Assembly: GCA_050273025.1 (NCBI GenBank) | Contig: CP158636.1 | Span: forward strand, 5,456,001-5,520,000 | Source of the DNA: Cenococcum geophilum | Lineage: Eukaryota | DNA length: 64,000 nt | Reading direction: 5' to 3' | In this document: piece by piece, positions 42,501 to 55,310 of the stretch | Position numbering within the stretch: position 1 is the first letter of the stretch | How the letters are laid out: the number at the start of each line of letters is the position of its first letter | The notes under the pieces: generated by a model | Seen by the model: the letters and a program-made list of their open reading frames with translations, nothing else | What the model was told of the DNA's origin: nothing | Database searches by the model: none | Program-made: the position numbers and the translations under genes

Positions 42501-45500
42501 ATATAAACTTTATACTTAAGTTTATCGTCTAAGTATATAAGGATATTGTCTAGGTAAGCTATACAGAACTTATTAAGGTAGTTAAAAAGGACATCATTTA
42601 TATACCTTTGGTATATAGCTAGCCCATTTATTAATCTAAAAGGAAGGACTTTATATTTATAGGACCTATAATAGGTATAGAACGTTATTAAATCTTTAGA
42701 TGCAGGGTCTATCCTAATTTAGTAGAAAGCTTGGCGGATATTAAGTTTAGTAAAGATCTTTACCTAACTTAGATATATAAAGGTCTCGTTAATTAAAGGA
42801 ATGGGATACTAATCCTTTTAAGTAATAGCGTTTAGCTTTTAATAGTTAATATAGAAACGAAGGCCTCTATTAGGCTTTTTTATAAATAGAATATGGGAAG
42901 TAAAAGAGGCCTGGCTTGGCTTAATAAACCCTTTATTAAGGTTCTTAATTAAGTACTACTTTATTACTTTTAGCTTATCCGTTAATTATTAGTATAGAGG
43001 GCTATATTTTAGCGAGTTATTAGCTTTTAATTAAATCTTATAATTATATATCTAGTAAGGAGGTAACTTATTTAAAGCCGCCTTTAAGAATACATTCTTA
43101 TATCCCGCATAAATAGTAGGGAGGAGGCGTTTAACTAGTTCCTTATTAGTTTCCTTAGCTAGCCCTTCCTCCCTCTTATTAATAATCTAGTTAATTTTAT
43201 ATAAGCTAGTTGTAAAGACCTTATTATCCCTCCTATATATATTAAAATAGAAAGCTATAGCGCTAATTGCCGTAATATCTACTATAGGGGGGTCGCGTAA
43301 TAATAGGGGTATATAGGACCTTAGGGGCTTCTAGGGTAAAGGTGTTATTATTACTCCTTTTAGCTCCTGTCGCATCTTTTAGAGGTTATCTCTTATATCC
43401 TATTAGTATATTCTCTTCCATATTAGTTAAATCTGCGTAATTTAGACGTTATCTACGTCGCTATCTATCCCGCTACGGTATATAGAGTCTTTATTAACCA
43501 TAGCGCTCTAGGGAAGTATCTTTATTAGTATAAAAGAGTTCCTTCCGGCCTTATAACGGGCATCTTCTTAGGTAAAGGCTAGGTCACGGTCCCTAATATC
43601 CTACTAATAGGTAGCGTTAGCCCTTACGGCTAGTGTCTTGCAGTTAGTTTAGATTTCCCTAATAAAAGAAGGTAATTTTGGTCTATCCTCTAGCTAGACA
43701 AATTGTCTTTATCGTATATTTAGCCAAATATTAAAATAGGATATCTATTTTCGGCTAAGGATTATATTATAGGACCTTAGGTCTAGGATACAAAAGGGGA
43801 TACTATACTAGTATCGTCCGTTAAGAGTAATATACAACTTTAGGATATAGGTAACCGGCTTACCGGCCTAACTATTATATCCTCTTATTTAGATAGGCTT
43901 CTCTAGTCTAGTAGCTTTTACATTTAGAAACTTAGCAACGTTATTTATATAGGCAGTATTTATAAAGACAAAGCTATTTGCTTTAGTATTAGTGGGGGCG
44001 GTTATATTAACATTATATCTATTTTAAGATACTATATATAGAACCGTAAAGTGTTTTCCACCTATTAACTAACTTAAATTAATCTCTTTAAGATTAATAG
44101 GGTACCCTAGGGGGGAGTCTTTCCCTAGGGTTCTTCTTTTCCTAACTCGTTAGACGTCTCTCCTTCCTCTATCTCCTTAATATTGCCTATATCCTTTAGC
44201 TCTAGGCAAAATAAGGTAAAGTAACTATCTTTATTGCAGTTATAGCATATAACCGTAACAGGGTTAATTAGGGTATTGCGATAATTACTAGTTAAGGGCG
44301 TAGTATACGGCGGATTAGGCAAGGCTCGCGGATATACAGTGGTAACCGCTTTCAGAGCAAAGACTATAGTAGCTTATCTTCCTACTCTAGCTCCTATAGG
44401 TATAGTTAACGGGTTTTAGGGTCGCTTCTACTAATTAGGACAGGCGTTAATTTGCTCTAGTTCCAAATTTAACAATAGGCAATAAGCTATAAGTCTTTTA
44501 TAGTTTAGTAGGTCGTCTAAGGTTACTATAATCTTCTCTTACAGCCTAATTATTAGTTCATCGTATAGGTCCAATTAGTAATTTTTAAGGGGGACTTGGC
44601 CTTCTCCTATAAAGTATAGGAATTAAGTCTAGAATTTAGCAAAGAGTTAGTTCAGTTTTATTATTAGGCGATTATAGTTATACTAGGCATCCCGTACTTT
44701 ATTTAGGTTAACATAAATAGCAGCTAGGTGCTATAGTATCTTATTAATAAATATAAATTGGATAGGGGAATTGTCCTTAAACTTAGCTTAAAGGTGCCGT
44801 TAGGCGTCCCCTATAGTTTAACTAAAGAGGTAGAGCATTTTAGCTTCTTTAGAAAGGAAATAGTTATAGTTAATACGGAGCTTTCCTTATACTTAAATCC
44901 TCTAATTTTTAAAGGTAGGGTCTATCCCGTTAAATAGTAGTTAGGGGTTAGGGAGCTTAACGGACTTTAATTACTTTATTATTATATCCGTACTCTCTAG
45001 TATATTATATTTAGTTAAATAGATAGAACAACTAGGACTTTTAGAAGAGGGAGCTAAGCTACTTTATAGGGCTATAAGGCTATCTAGGATCTCTTATAGG
45101 GTCTTCTATATGCTTTAAGCTTAAAGATAATCGGCTTCCTAATTAGCCGTTAGGGCATAAATCTATTTATATACGTCTATAATATTATTATTATCTTTAA
45201 TTTCGGATCCTAATTAAATCTTATGTTCTTCTTAGGTTAGGGCAGCTCTTTTAAATAAGCTCGCTTTAGGTGCCATCATTAGCTTCCTAAGGTTTATTAG
45301 TATTATACGCTTTAGTTTTAATTCTAGGGGTATAGGTCTAGTCCTATCTAGCTAATAAAGTGGGATATTATAAAGGCCTTCCCAGGGAGTATAGAGTTGT
45401 TTTAGTGTCTAAGTATAGCGCGTTAACGCGTTATTATAGACGAAGTTTCTTTTAGGGTGGGATATTATTAGGGCCTTCCCAGGCAGTATAGGGTAAGCTT

Positions 45501-45699
45501 AGTATAATATTATGGCTCGAATAAATGCCTCTAAACCAAAGCTTATAGAATGCTATATTACGAAGATACTAAGCTAAGAAGAAGAGGAGAGGTATATATA
45601 GGAGGTAGAGACGTAATATATACGCGTTATAACGCCAAGTCCTTAGCTAAACCCCTAACTAGGCTTCCTGTCCAGGTTACGCGTTACAATACCGTAACA
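39503..45699 (-). mobile_element. Full-length Gypsy D (same internal family as X/Y, different U3)
   Basis: LTRs 39503-39715 and 45508-45699; TSD TAATC (39498-39502, 45700-45704); PPT at ~39719-39738; gag-pol-chromodomain on the minus strand (ORF 44125-44322 contains the CCHC knuckle). Confidence 0.92.
41135..41235. mobile_element. Very short solo LTR (101 bp) in the Gypsy D integrase
   Basis: TGTAA..TTACA termini; GGCGC TSD at 41130-41134 and 41236-41240; little RIP. Confidence 0.85.
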
Positions 45700-45745
45700 T
45701 AATCATCCTATTAGGTTTCTAGTAGGATAGATGCCGTATCTAATA

Positions 45746-47690
45746 GAGTTATAATTTCCATTACTAAACCTTACTTTATAGCGGTCTTAATCTTTACCTC
45801 TAATATAACTATTCTAAGATTTATATACTCCTAGTAAGCTGCCTTTATTACCTTATTATTAGTAAATATATCGCCTATATTAAATTTATCGTCCTTAATA
45901 TCTAATTTACGTAGTAGTTTATTAGTTCCTCTAAACTCTAGTATCTTTAGCTTTTATAACTAATAGCTTACGCTATACTTAGTATTCTTATAAATTTAGC
46001 ATATATTATTATAATAAAACGCAAAATAATTAATTAAATATTCTTTTGTTCCTTATAGTATACTATTATCCCTTTATATATATATGTTTTCTACTAATTT
46101 AGTCCCCCTTACTGTATAGTAATGCTACTATTCTCTATAGTCTTTAGCGTAGTAACCCTATTTTCCGCAATTTATATAAGCTCCCTTTTTAAACCATTTT
46201 TCCTATTATAGAGTCCGCTTAAACATCTTCTGCTACTAAGATCCCTAGTTTAGCCTCTACTTTTTAAACCTTTAATTACTTAAACCTTATTCCTTAGGTT
46301 TTTATAGTTTCTTTAATACCGCTTAGGTCTATTAGCTCTCCGCTATACTATAGTTTCTATATTTATTATTATAGTTTATATAATTATAGTAACCTATCTA
46401 GCTCTCTTTTGGCTCGTTCACTTTAATAAATCCTATTATCTACTTTAATTACTTATTTAATTAGTGTCCTTATATCGTTTAGGTCTTCTATAGCTATTAT
46501 TACTATTTATACTTTTACCTTTAACCCTTATTAGTACCACGCCATTAACGCCTTTTTATTCTATTTGGTTTGCGTTATATAGGTCTAAAACTATATTATA
46601 TAGTCTATTACTAATCCTTATTAGGTAAGCTCTCGTAGCTTCCTTTTAGCTGTTACTTCTGCCTTTAGATCGCCGTATATTTAGGTAAGTCTACTTATAA
46701 ATCCTTTTTAGCTTAAGAACATATACTTAACCTCGCTATTAGCGGTGGTTAGTCTATTAGTTTCATACTCCGTTAAATACGGTTTAAACTACTTAAGTGC
46801 TCGTCCCGTTAAGAACAATCCTACGTACGCTACTTAATCTGCCATAATAGGTAACTTTATACCTTTGTTCCTAATTTTAAGTCTTATTTATATTAGGAAC
46901 CCTTTAAGTTTAATTTTCTTACTATTAAACCTTTTAATGGATGGTATCTTAATCCTTAACACCTCTATCTTATTAATTCTTGCCTTTATAGCCTAACCAT
47001 TCTGTCACGGCACTGACCTGACACGTTGTTATGATTCAGTGTTGTCATGACACGAGCACGGACCTGACCCCTGAGCGACGTGTATATATACCACCTCACC
47101 TCCTACATAGATCCTCACACGACATCGTTTGTCAATCATATACAGTCACCTCGTACATCGTACCTTAACAGTCCGCACGTACTGTGACACATTCCCTATA
47201 AGTTAGTTGACTACCGCTTAAAGCTATTCCATAGTTACTACTCTTAAATCGCCCTCGCCTATACTAGTGTCTCCTTCCGTTTCTAAGGAAGTTATTACTA
47301 TAGGTAGCGTTATGGTTAGTGCTTTTAGTAGTATATTGTTAAACTTCTTTTACCGTAACTATAGTAGTAAATATATAACGGGGCCTTATAGGAAATACTA
47401 CGGTAGACCTTAACAATGGGCTTAGGTATATAGGTATAGAATAGTTAATAATATAAACAACTAGTAGAGTGGTTGCCTAATAGATTAACTCTAATTATAT
47501 TTTAAAATTTACTATAAAAAGAAGAACTATCTGGGTAGGGACTGTGGTCCTTTAAATACACAACCGTACTCCTAAGAAATCCTCCTTATACGTGATATAC
47601 GCGTACTCTATCTACTCTATTGCGGATTATATAGATTATATAGATTACACAGATTATATTATATAACCTCGCTTACTATTCCTCGTCGCA
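45746..47690 (-). mobile_element. 5' part of Gypsy E (LTR + gag), truncated
   Basis: Probable LTR ~47374-47690; gag KIPSIERFDGEKSKLKGFLTQ..FLTGRALEWFEPYL and CCHC (~46140-46185). Confidence 0.75.
47003..47189. mobile_element. Solo LTR (187 bp), essentially un-RIPed
   Basis: TGTCAC..GTGACA termini; CATTC TSD at 46998-47002 and 47190-47194. Confidence 0.9.
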
Positions 47691-49106
47691 TGGTTCTATC
47701 GGTTCTATCCTAAACCGTACTTCTATTAACTAACTGGCTGCTTTTAACTCTTCTCCTAGCAGTTGTAATATCGTACTTAAAGCGTCCGTAATAATAACGG
47801 CTAAAGAAACTCTAAAGAAACCAGATAAATTTAATATGTTCTTCTTAGGACCACTAAGGCTAAGGGATACTTATTCTATAGACATGAGTATATAGGTTAA
47901 TACTAATAGCTTCTCCTGTATCTAGTTGTGATTAATAGTTTTAATTATACGCTATATTTCTTATAGAAGAGCAACCTAAAATACTAACTAGCTTATTAAC
48001 AGCCTTATATAACCTCCACTATTATTATAACACTAGGTGCGACTTTTTAGAGAAGCTTAGGCTTTAAACTTTAGCTTAACGCCCTCTACCTAAGACTACT
48101 TATTCTCTAAGTATAAATTTACTCTCCTTATTAACTATACAACTATAAGCACACCTTAATACTTAATAAGTATTTACTGGTTACTAACCCACTATGCCCT
48201 TATATATAATTCTCCCTATTAATACCACATTAGTACTACTCCCTTTTAAACCCTTTCTATTGCCTAGGACCCTTTCTTTAAACTTTAATATCTACCTTAA
48301 GGCTTAAAAAGCCCTACTTTCTATCCCTTCCTTCCTCTTCCTTAACTCCCTATTGATTTTGGCAGCCTTATTCTCTCTACGGTATACTAATACCTAACGA
48401 TTTTACGCACTATAAGAAACGAATTAGTAGAAAGTTAGGCTGTGATGGAGTAATTCGCATATATTTGTTGGAGTACTCTACTTATAATTGTGATTTATTA
48501 TGGCTTTTATTGCGATTCTTTATTACTATAGCATTAGACAATACCAGCGCAGCGCATTATTTAATAACGTGGATGACTTAGATTATGGGTAATAGATAAG
48601 ATAATAGATAATATAGAGCGTAGAGCGGAGTAGCTCCGTAACTCTAAACTGGGATAGTTAAGGAAGGCAGAGAGTAGGGTTATTCGGATAAGAGTATAGA
48701 CTAAGTGCGTTATTTCTGCACAGCCTTAAGCATATACAGCTAAGCCGCTTCTCCCTAAAATTGCATCTCTCCCTAAGATTGGCTTTCCTAAACTAAGAGC
48801 GTTCCTCTAAGATTAGTGCTTCTAAATTTAAAAAACTCTTTTATAACTTGTTTGTGCACTATCTAATACCTATTTTAGGTTAGCGTAAGTATAATAGGAC
48901 TTTTCTCGCAGTGAGGCCAAAACTTATTTATGGATAGTAACGCTATATTATATAGTAATTAGTCAGCTAATACATAAGGAGATTGCCTCTAACTTACGTG
49001 AATAATGGCATAGAGGTTCTTTTAAGTTGCAATTTCCCTAAATAATAAAGACCCTATTTAACTCTAGTGCTAGTATATATTTACTTATACTATAAAGATA
49101 CCTATA

Positions 49107-50875
49107 ACTATCTACAAAGTAAGGTTAGAGTTTTATGCACTATATATATATAATATAGCACTTTCTAATCGCCGTAGAGCTCCTCCTTAGTAATACTATA
49201 AATAATTAGCCTAGGACCTTAATGCTTCCCTATATAATAGTAGAGAATATACTTCTTTAAATCTCCGCGACTATAAAACTCCCTTATACATTTGTCTAGG
49301 AGAGCCTTTCTATTACTAAGGCAAAGGAAGCATTAGGTAGGCTTATATTTAAAAGATAATAGATCTACTAGCTTAGGCATAGGGCTTAAAGGCATTCGTT
49401 TTTGCCGTTATATTAGGTAATAGTAGCTATCTTATATATACCCAAGAGCTACTAGTGCATTTATAGCTTTGGCGCGGCGTTTTTGTTCCTCTTTAGGCAA
49501 TAAAGTAGTAAAGGTAAAGAGTAAGTCTATTGCGCGGACTTATTCTAGGATTAAGAACTTCTAATTATTAATAGTTATATCGTTCTCTTGCTTAATTAAA
49601 AGCTTATAGATTTAATTCTAGATCTTAATAACAGGCTACTCTTTTTTAAACTTTCTCTTTATTTCTTTAAGAAGAGTTATTTTTGGAATTTAAATGCAGT
49701 TTTATAGGCCTGCTTTCGTTTTAGATATTCCTTATAAATATCTATACTTATATAGCTGCTAGTAGTTCTACCTCTAGCCTTAATCTAAGCCTTAAGAGCC
49801 AGCTTCTTCTATAGCAATTTTTATACAGTAGGATGTTAATAAGCCTTTACTACTTAGGTGGGTATAAGATATCTTAAACGATTTTTGTTAATTATACGTT
49901 TTATCTTAATAGCTACCTACATTATCTTAGTTTATAGTAGAAGTCCTTAGTATATAGCTTATATATCCGCTATAATATATTAGGAGAGATAGTTATACTA
50001 GAATACTGTAGAGTTGGGAGCATACTAGAGGATAAGATTACGCTAAGTGTCGCTAATATGGCCTATATTAGACCCGCGTTAATTAAAATACATTAAAGAG
50101 TAAAAAAACTGTAAATGGGTAAAGACATACTACTGCTATTAAGAGATTCTCTGTTGCTTTATTGGAAGTAGTATATACCTATAGGGAATTTAATACCCGT
50201 AACGTTACTAACTTTATAGAGGCGTTTGCGAAAAGTATTATAATATAATTGGTTGCTTGAAAGTTCTAGACTAAAGGCCGTCTGTATTAATTTCTAAAAC
50301 AAATAGATATCCTTTATTTTATCCTTTTATAGTAAAGGAAGCTATTCTTAACTAGGAGGGACCTTTAGCTTATAAAGTTGTTTAGGGGTTAAATCTAGTG
50401 CTAAAAATGCATTATATAGGAAGGCTAATAAAAGGAATATTATATAGGGGTAGAGAAGTAAATATGGTTTATTTAGGATGTTTAAAATAGAAATCTTATT
50501 ACTAATTAAGGCTATTAATCCCTTTACTGCTTTATAAAGGAAATTCTAGGAAACTTACACGTCTTTCTTACCTAAATACGTTTTTGTCTTGTTAAATTTC
50601 TACTTAATAAAAACACGTAGCTACTCCCCGCCTTTAGGGTCTGGAAGTAAGGAAATATTTATATACATCTCTAATAACTCCCACAATGTCTTAAGGCACT
50701 TAAATTTATCCTCCACCTGTATAATCGGCTTTTTCTTCAGTTTAGTTCTTAAGCTGAATTTCTTAATTAGCTGTTGTTTTACCTATAAGAGTTTTAGTAT
50801 ATTAGTATTGTTAAAAATATCTAATTCGACTTACTCCTATTATCCTAAATTTAGTAATAGGGTCGATCTTAATGT
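49107..50875 (-). pseudogene. DUF3435 tyrosine recombinase (Starship 'captain'-like), RIPed, 5'-truncated
   Basis: De-RIPed motifs KKKPIMRVEDEFECLKTLW; LLPDPEGGE.PRV.IE..F.KTK.YLGEKD; AYCFRRGNGESLDSS; ISDTQRNLILQH...VFQHNYLSR; C-terminal CKPTQCFLCLG...FHSRGDLKKH; GT-AG introns at 50834-50783, ~50558 and ~50130. Confidence 0.85.
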
Positions 50876-50899
50876 AGAGTTATTGCTAGCTAAAAGAAG

Positions 50900-52237
50900 T
50901 TAGTTAAGACATTTGTATATAGTTAGGGGTTTTAATAGTACAAGTTTACTATATAGGTAATTAGAAGAGACTTTATAGTTTGTAGTTAATCTTAGCGGAT
51001 GCTAGGGGACTACTAATACTAAAAGCTTGGCTTATGAACCTGAGGTCTATATTAAATTGGAAAACAATTCCCAGCTACGCTTATCTAGTATTTAGTATAG
51101 AACTTTTCGATCGCTAGTATAATATTTCCTAAGAAGCGCCTCCTTAACTCTATCTAAATAGGCCTAGCACTTAAACGGAATAACTTATCTAATTTATATT
51201 TCTATATTTCCTAAAAAGCACTCTATTGTATAGGTTTAAATTTTTTAGGTAGACGCAATTAATATACCTAAGGCTTAGTTTTAGCGTAAGCTCCTTATCT
51301 AAGATAAGATTCGGTCTTAAATTAATATGCCTATCGCTTTAGCTTAATATAAGTGCAACTAGGTGACTCTAATAAGCAGCTCTAAGGGAGGATAAGAAGA
51401 GATAGATCTAAGCCAATTAGTAACTTTATAATTTATAATCTGCGTATATAAACTTACCTCACGTATAATAAGATCGAGTAAAATAAAATTGCCCTATCTA
51501 TTATTAAAAGGATATAAGATTGAACTTATAAATGGGAGGAGCTCTACAGCAATTAAAAGTAAAAGTATAACTTTATTTGCGGATAAAAAGGGATATATAG
51601 GCTTATTCTCCTTGCACTCTTTTATACGCTCTTTAGTTAAATAGCGAACCTATCTTATTTTATGCATAAAGAATGAAATAAATATAATTTCTGTAGTTAA
51701 TAATATTAATTGCAAAATACGTAGTGCTAAAGGGTTTAGCCTATATAAAACATTAGCCTCTACTGTAATATATTCTTTATTACGTACTATTTAGAATCTA
51801 TTGTTAAATATATACTAATAGATGCTATTAAGCTTAGGATAACAAGCATTAGAACTTTATACTGCCCTAAAGAGTAACTAAAAAGCGTAACCCCCTTTAT
51901 AAACTGCGATGAAAATTAGTATATATATATAACTCTATAGCAGGGAATTAATGTTATAGTTAAGCAGGTATTGGAAAGCAGAGCCCACTAAGGCCTAGAG
52001 AGCCGTTGGATTCCAAAGGCCGGCAATCTTAATAGATAGTTTAAGTACAGTAAATATGGAGGCTGCTAGTCCTAGGTAGACAAAAATTATATATAGAAGG
52101 AGGGCAATAAGAGATACCTAATAGATAGGGTCGGTCGTAGATCGAGCGTAATAGGTAGCCTAATATGTAACCTAAAAGCAGCATAAAATTAAGGGTATTA
52201 AGAGCGCCAACGGAATAGAAGAAAAGAGTATATACAT
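50900..52237 (-). pseudogene. Multi-pass membrane protein of unknown function (RIP pseudogene)
   Basis: ATG at 52237; frame with several hydrophobic segments (MYxLFSSIPLALLIPLILCCF...; LLLHIIFVYLGLAASMF...; ILLLSIAVELLPF); GTAAG intron at ~51457 and a hydrophilic last exon. Confidence 0.55.
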
Positions 52238-53296
52238 TTTTAAAAGGGGACTAGTATAAGATAACTGGAGGTGATAGAAAGGAAGGCTATAAGGTAATAA
52301 GCAGATTAAAGGCAACCTTGCATTCTTAGCTATATATAGGGCGTAGTGAGGTTAATATATTATCCAATCTTCCTATCTCGCCCTTAAAGATTTATTAAGA
52401 TCTTGCCATATCTTTCTAGAAACTAAGTCAACTTCTATAAAGCCTAGGCTTAAGATAGTTAAGCTATTGGCAAAGTAGCGTTAAAGTATATACCCTTAGA
52501 GACGTAGGCATTCCTAGGTTACCCTAAGACTATTATATACCTATCTAAAATTAATATAGTTAAAATACCTGTGGTTTAGTGTAATATTAACTTTGCTAAA
52601 TACTACTACCGCCATTACGCAGAAAGCAATTAGTTGGATTTGGGACTACTTTAGCTACTATACCTAATATAGTGTGCTTATAGGGATGCCCCTATAAGCA
52701 CACTATAGGTATAATAGACTGCTAATCTAAGCAATTACTAAATTTCTATAGTAGGACGCCACTATAAGCCTTTAATGATCGCGATCCCCTATAATAGGAT
52801 TCCGGCTTATATAAAATTTCCTATACTTTAAATCAATTGTTTAACCCCTAAATGCCTATTTAAGAGAAAGAGTACAATTTATGGTGTTAAGGGGAAATTT
52901 TATCTAGCTTTTTTGCAATTATAGCGCTAAGTAATATTAGAGCTCCTTTATATAAAATGCTTTTATCTATAAATAGCCCTCTAAGAATTATATATTCTTA
53001 AATAGCAGTATAGGTTTTAAATATATCTTAATTGCGGCGTTCTATATTTCTTATCTTATTACAATACGTTCTGTCGATCTGTAGCGCTAAATATTAGTTA
53101 TATATTTAAGGCAATAGGGTAGCTAAAGGCAGCTAAGGTGTTGTTAAATACTTGTTTATAGTTTTGCAAACTATGCCTATTACTATAAAGCTACCAATTT
53201 TAGCGTTACCCACTTTATTAAGACTTTTTGCTTATATAGCTAAATATTCTTTTAACTTCCTACTGCACCAATCTCTAAATAAAAACAATTGCGTTA

Positions 53297-55310
53297 ATGG
53301 CTAATATGCCGCAATTATATATAGACTGTCTAAGAACCTAACCTAGTGCGGCTATAGTTAATGCGTGCTAATAACTAGAAGACAATATATTATGCTAGAC
53401 AACTGCTAAAAGCAGCTTACTTTCTAAATCAATTTCTAGAGAAATCTATACTTTAGGTAAAAGCGAATAGGATAATAAGGATATGCTAGATAAGGACACG
53501 CTAGCTAAGGACTTAGGAGATAATGAATACGTTTTTATAATTGGTACGTTTGGGGTAATAACTATTTACCCTAATAGATAGAACAATATATAAGTGGAGC
53601 CTGTCAAAACTAGAGTTTCTTTAGATAACTATTAAGGAAAGCGGTTATGGCCGGCCGTAAGCGAACACATTTTTAGTTGGGTTAATGGCAATAGCGGGAA
53701 GCTATTAACCGTTGGTGTTTTAGAAATTCGAAATCGAAACTAGAAGCAACGTCCTAAATAGCTGAATTTTGTACTTTAACCCGACTTACGCCCTATTTCT
53801 TAAGAGCAGCTTATCTTAGAAATAAAGTCTATATATGCTAGTTTTATAATAGTAGAGACTAAATATATTTATATAGATAGAGCTTAGGCTTCTGCTAAAG
53901 GAGATCCTTATTCTAAATTAGTAAATAATTACTAGCAAGCATTAATTACTCTATACTAAACCTTACTGTATAAGCATTACGACTTCTTTATAGCCTTTTA
54001 GTATCCTTCTATTCCCCCTATATTACGTTATTTGATATTTAAGTACTCTATGCCTATTAGGATATAGAGATATAATATCTACTCTTTCCTTAAGTTATTA
54101 TGTCGTCGGCTGCCTAAAAGCCTGGATTATATGCTTGCTTTTATATACCTTACTTATTAAATAATGGCTCTTCTCTTTAAAATAGTGCCTATATTTAAGG
54201 ATACTTAGATTAAATATTTTAGTAATCTTAGTTAATATTATATAGCTATTAAAGATAAAGACCTACGTAATTATAAAAACTAGATAAGCGTTGCGCGTTT
54301 TTAGTATAGTAGAGCTGCTAATAAAAGCCCCTTTATAAGCCGTTTATACTACTATCTAGCTATACTAGCGCGGCCTAATGCGCTCTAATAACTCTATTAC
54401 TATTTATGGTCCTTAACCTGTATTAAGCCATTTATAAGCGCCTAAGAATCTATTTTAACACTACTAGATCTAATTTTGGGCCATTCTAGAACGTTATATA
54501 TATATTCTCTACCTATAGATATAAGTTTTATTAAAGCTTATGGTATTCTCTTTAGAAAGCTATTAAAAGGCTTTAAAGCAGCTCTTACATTATTTTTAAA
54601 TTGGTTAGGTAATTATGTTAGGCGTATAACCGCTAAATAGAAAGAGTAAGGTATTTATATTATCATTACCAACATTACTAAACTTTTTAATTACGGATTA
54701 TAGGACTCGCTCCTTAGATATATCTTCTAGTTATACGCTAAAAAATCACTCTGCAGCTCTCACACTAAACGACCGTTAACTCCCTTAGATGATGATTTAG
54801 TTTCCTTAAAACTAAGACGCTTCTTTAATAAGGAGCTATTGGCTTAACTCCTTAAACTATTCTCCAATTTCGCATTCTCCTGTGCTTGTTAATTAATATT
54901 TTCTACTCTAGCTCTTATTCTTCGGCGTATTAGGGACAAAAATGTTCTTCCTTATATTTATATTTTGTTTGCATTCCTTTCCACCGCTGCATATATTAGC
55001 GAATCGCTATGCAACATCGCCCCCTAGCTAGAAATCGTTGCTTTCCTTAATATATTATTAAACTCTAAAAGACACGAGCCGCTTATTATAAGTAATTTAT
55101 TCCCTACTTAAGATTAAAACGACAGCCGTTTATTACTAGAAGATTACCTTATATATAGGCAAGTTTGGAGTTAGTGCTATTTTCTAGAATAGTGGTTTAG
55201 TAGTAAACATAATAAAGAGGTACGCTCTCTTAAACTTACCTTAATGATTAAATTGAGAACGGAGTATGTTTTACGCCTTAGTTAATAAATTGTATCTATA
55301 AGATTAAAGG
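53297..55310 (+). pseudogene. Est1/Ebs1-like (Est1-type DNA/RNA-binding domain) fungal protein, RIP pseudogene
   Basis: De-RIPed QPDSRPISQEQL.SEVKSIYAG..VETKC; WQALIALHRTLLHEHHDFF.ASQHPS; WIEC.GDLGRYRMAIEDED; GRLYHHLAILARPNALQQL; LPEDYL..GQVW.Q.YFP..WF. Confidence 0.82.

Noticed and set aside
47675..47700. TCCTCGTCGC resembling HDV L3/P3 (similar TCCACGTCGC at ~41151)
   Set aside because: No P3/P1/P2 pairing partners; both lie at or in LTRs.
50589..50903. 104-aa plus-strand ORF
   Set aside because: It is antisense to the captain exons; the real frame is on the minus strand.
50876..52500. Starship 5' boundary upstream of the captain
   Set aside because: The region is occupied by another gene, and no direct repeat/TIR pair could be identified.
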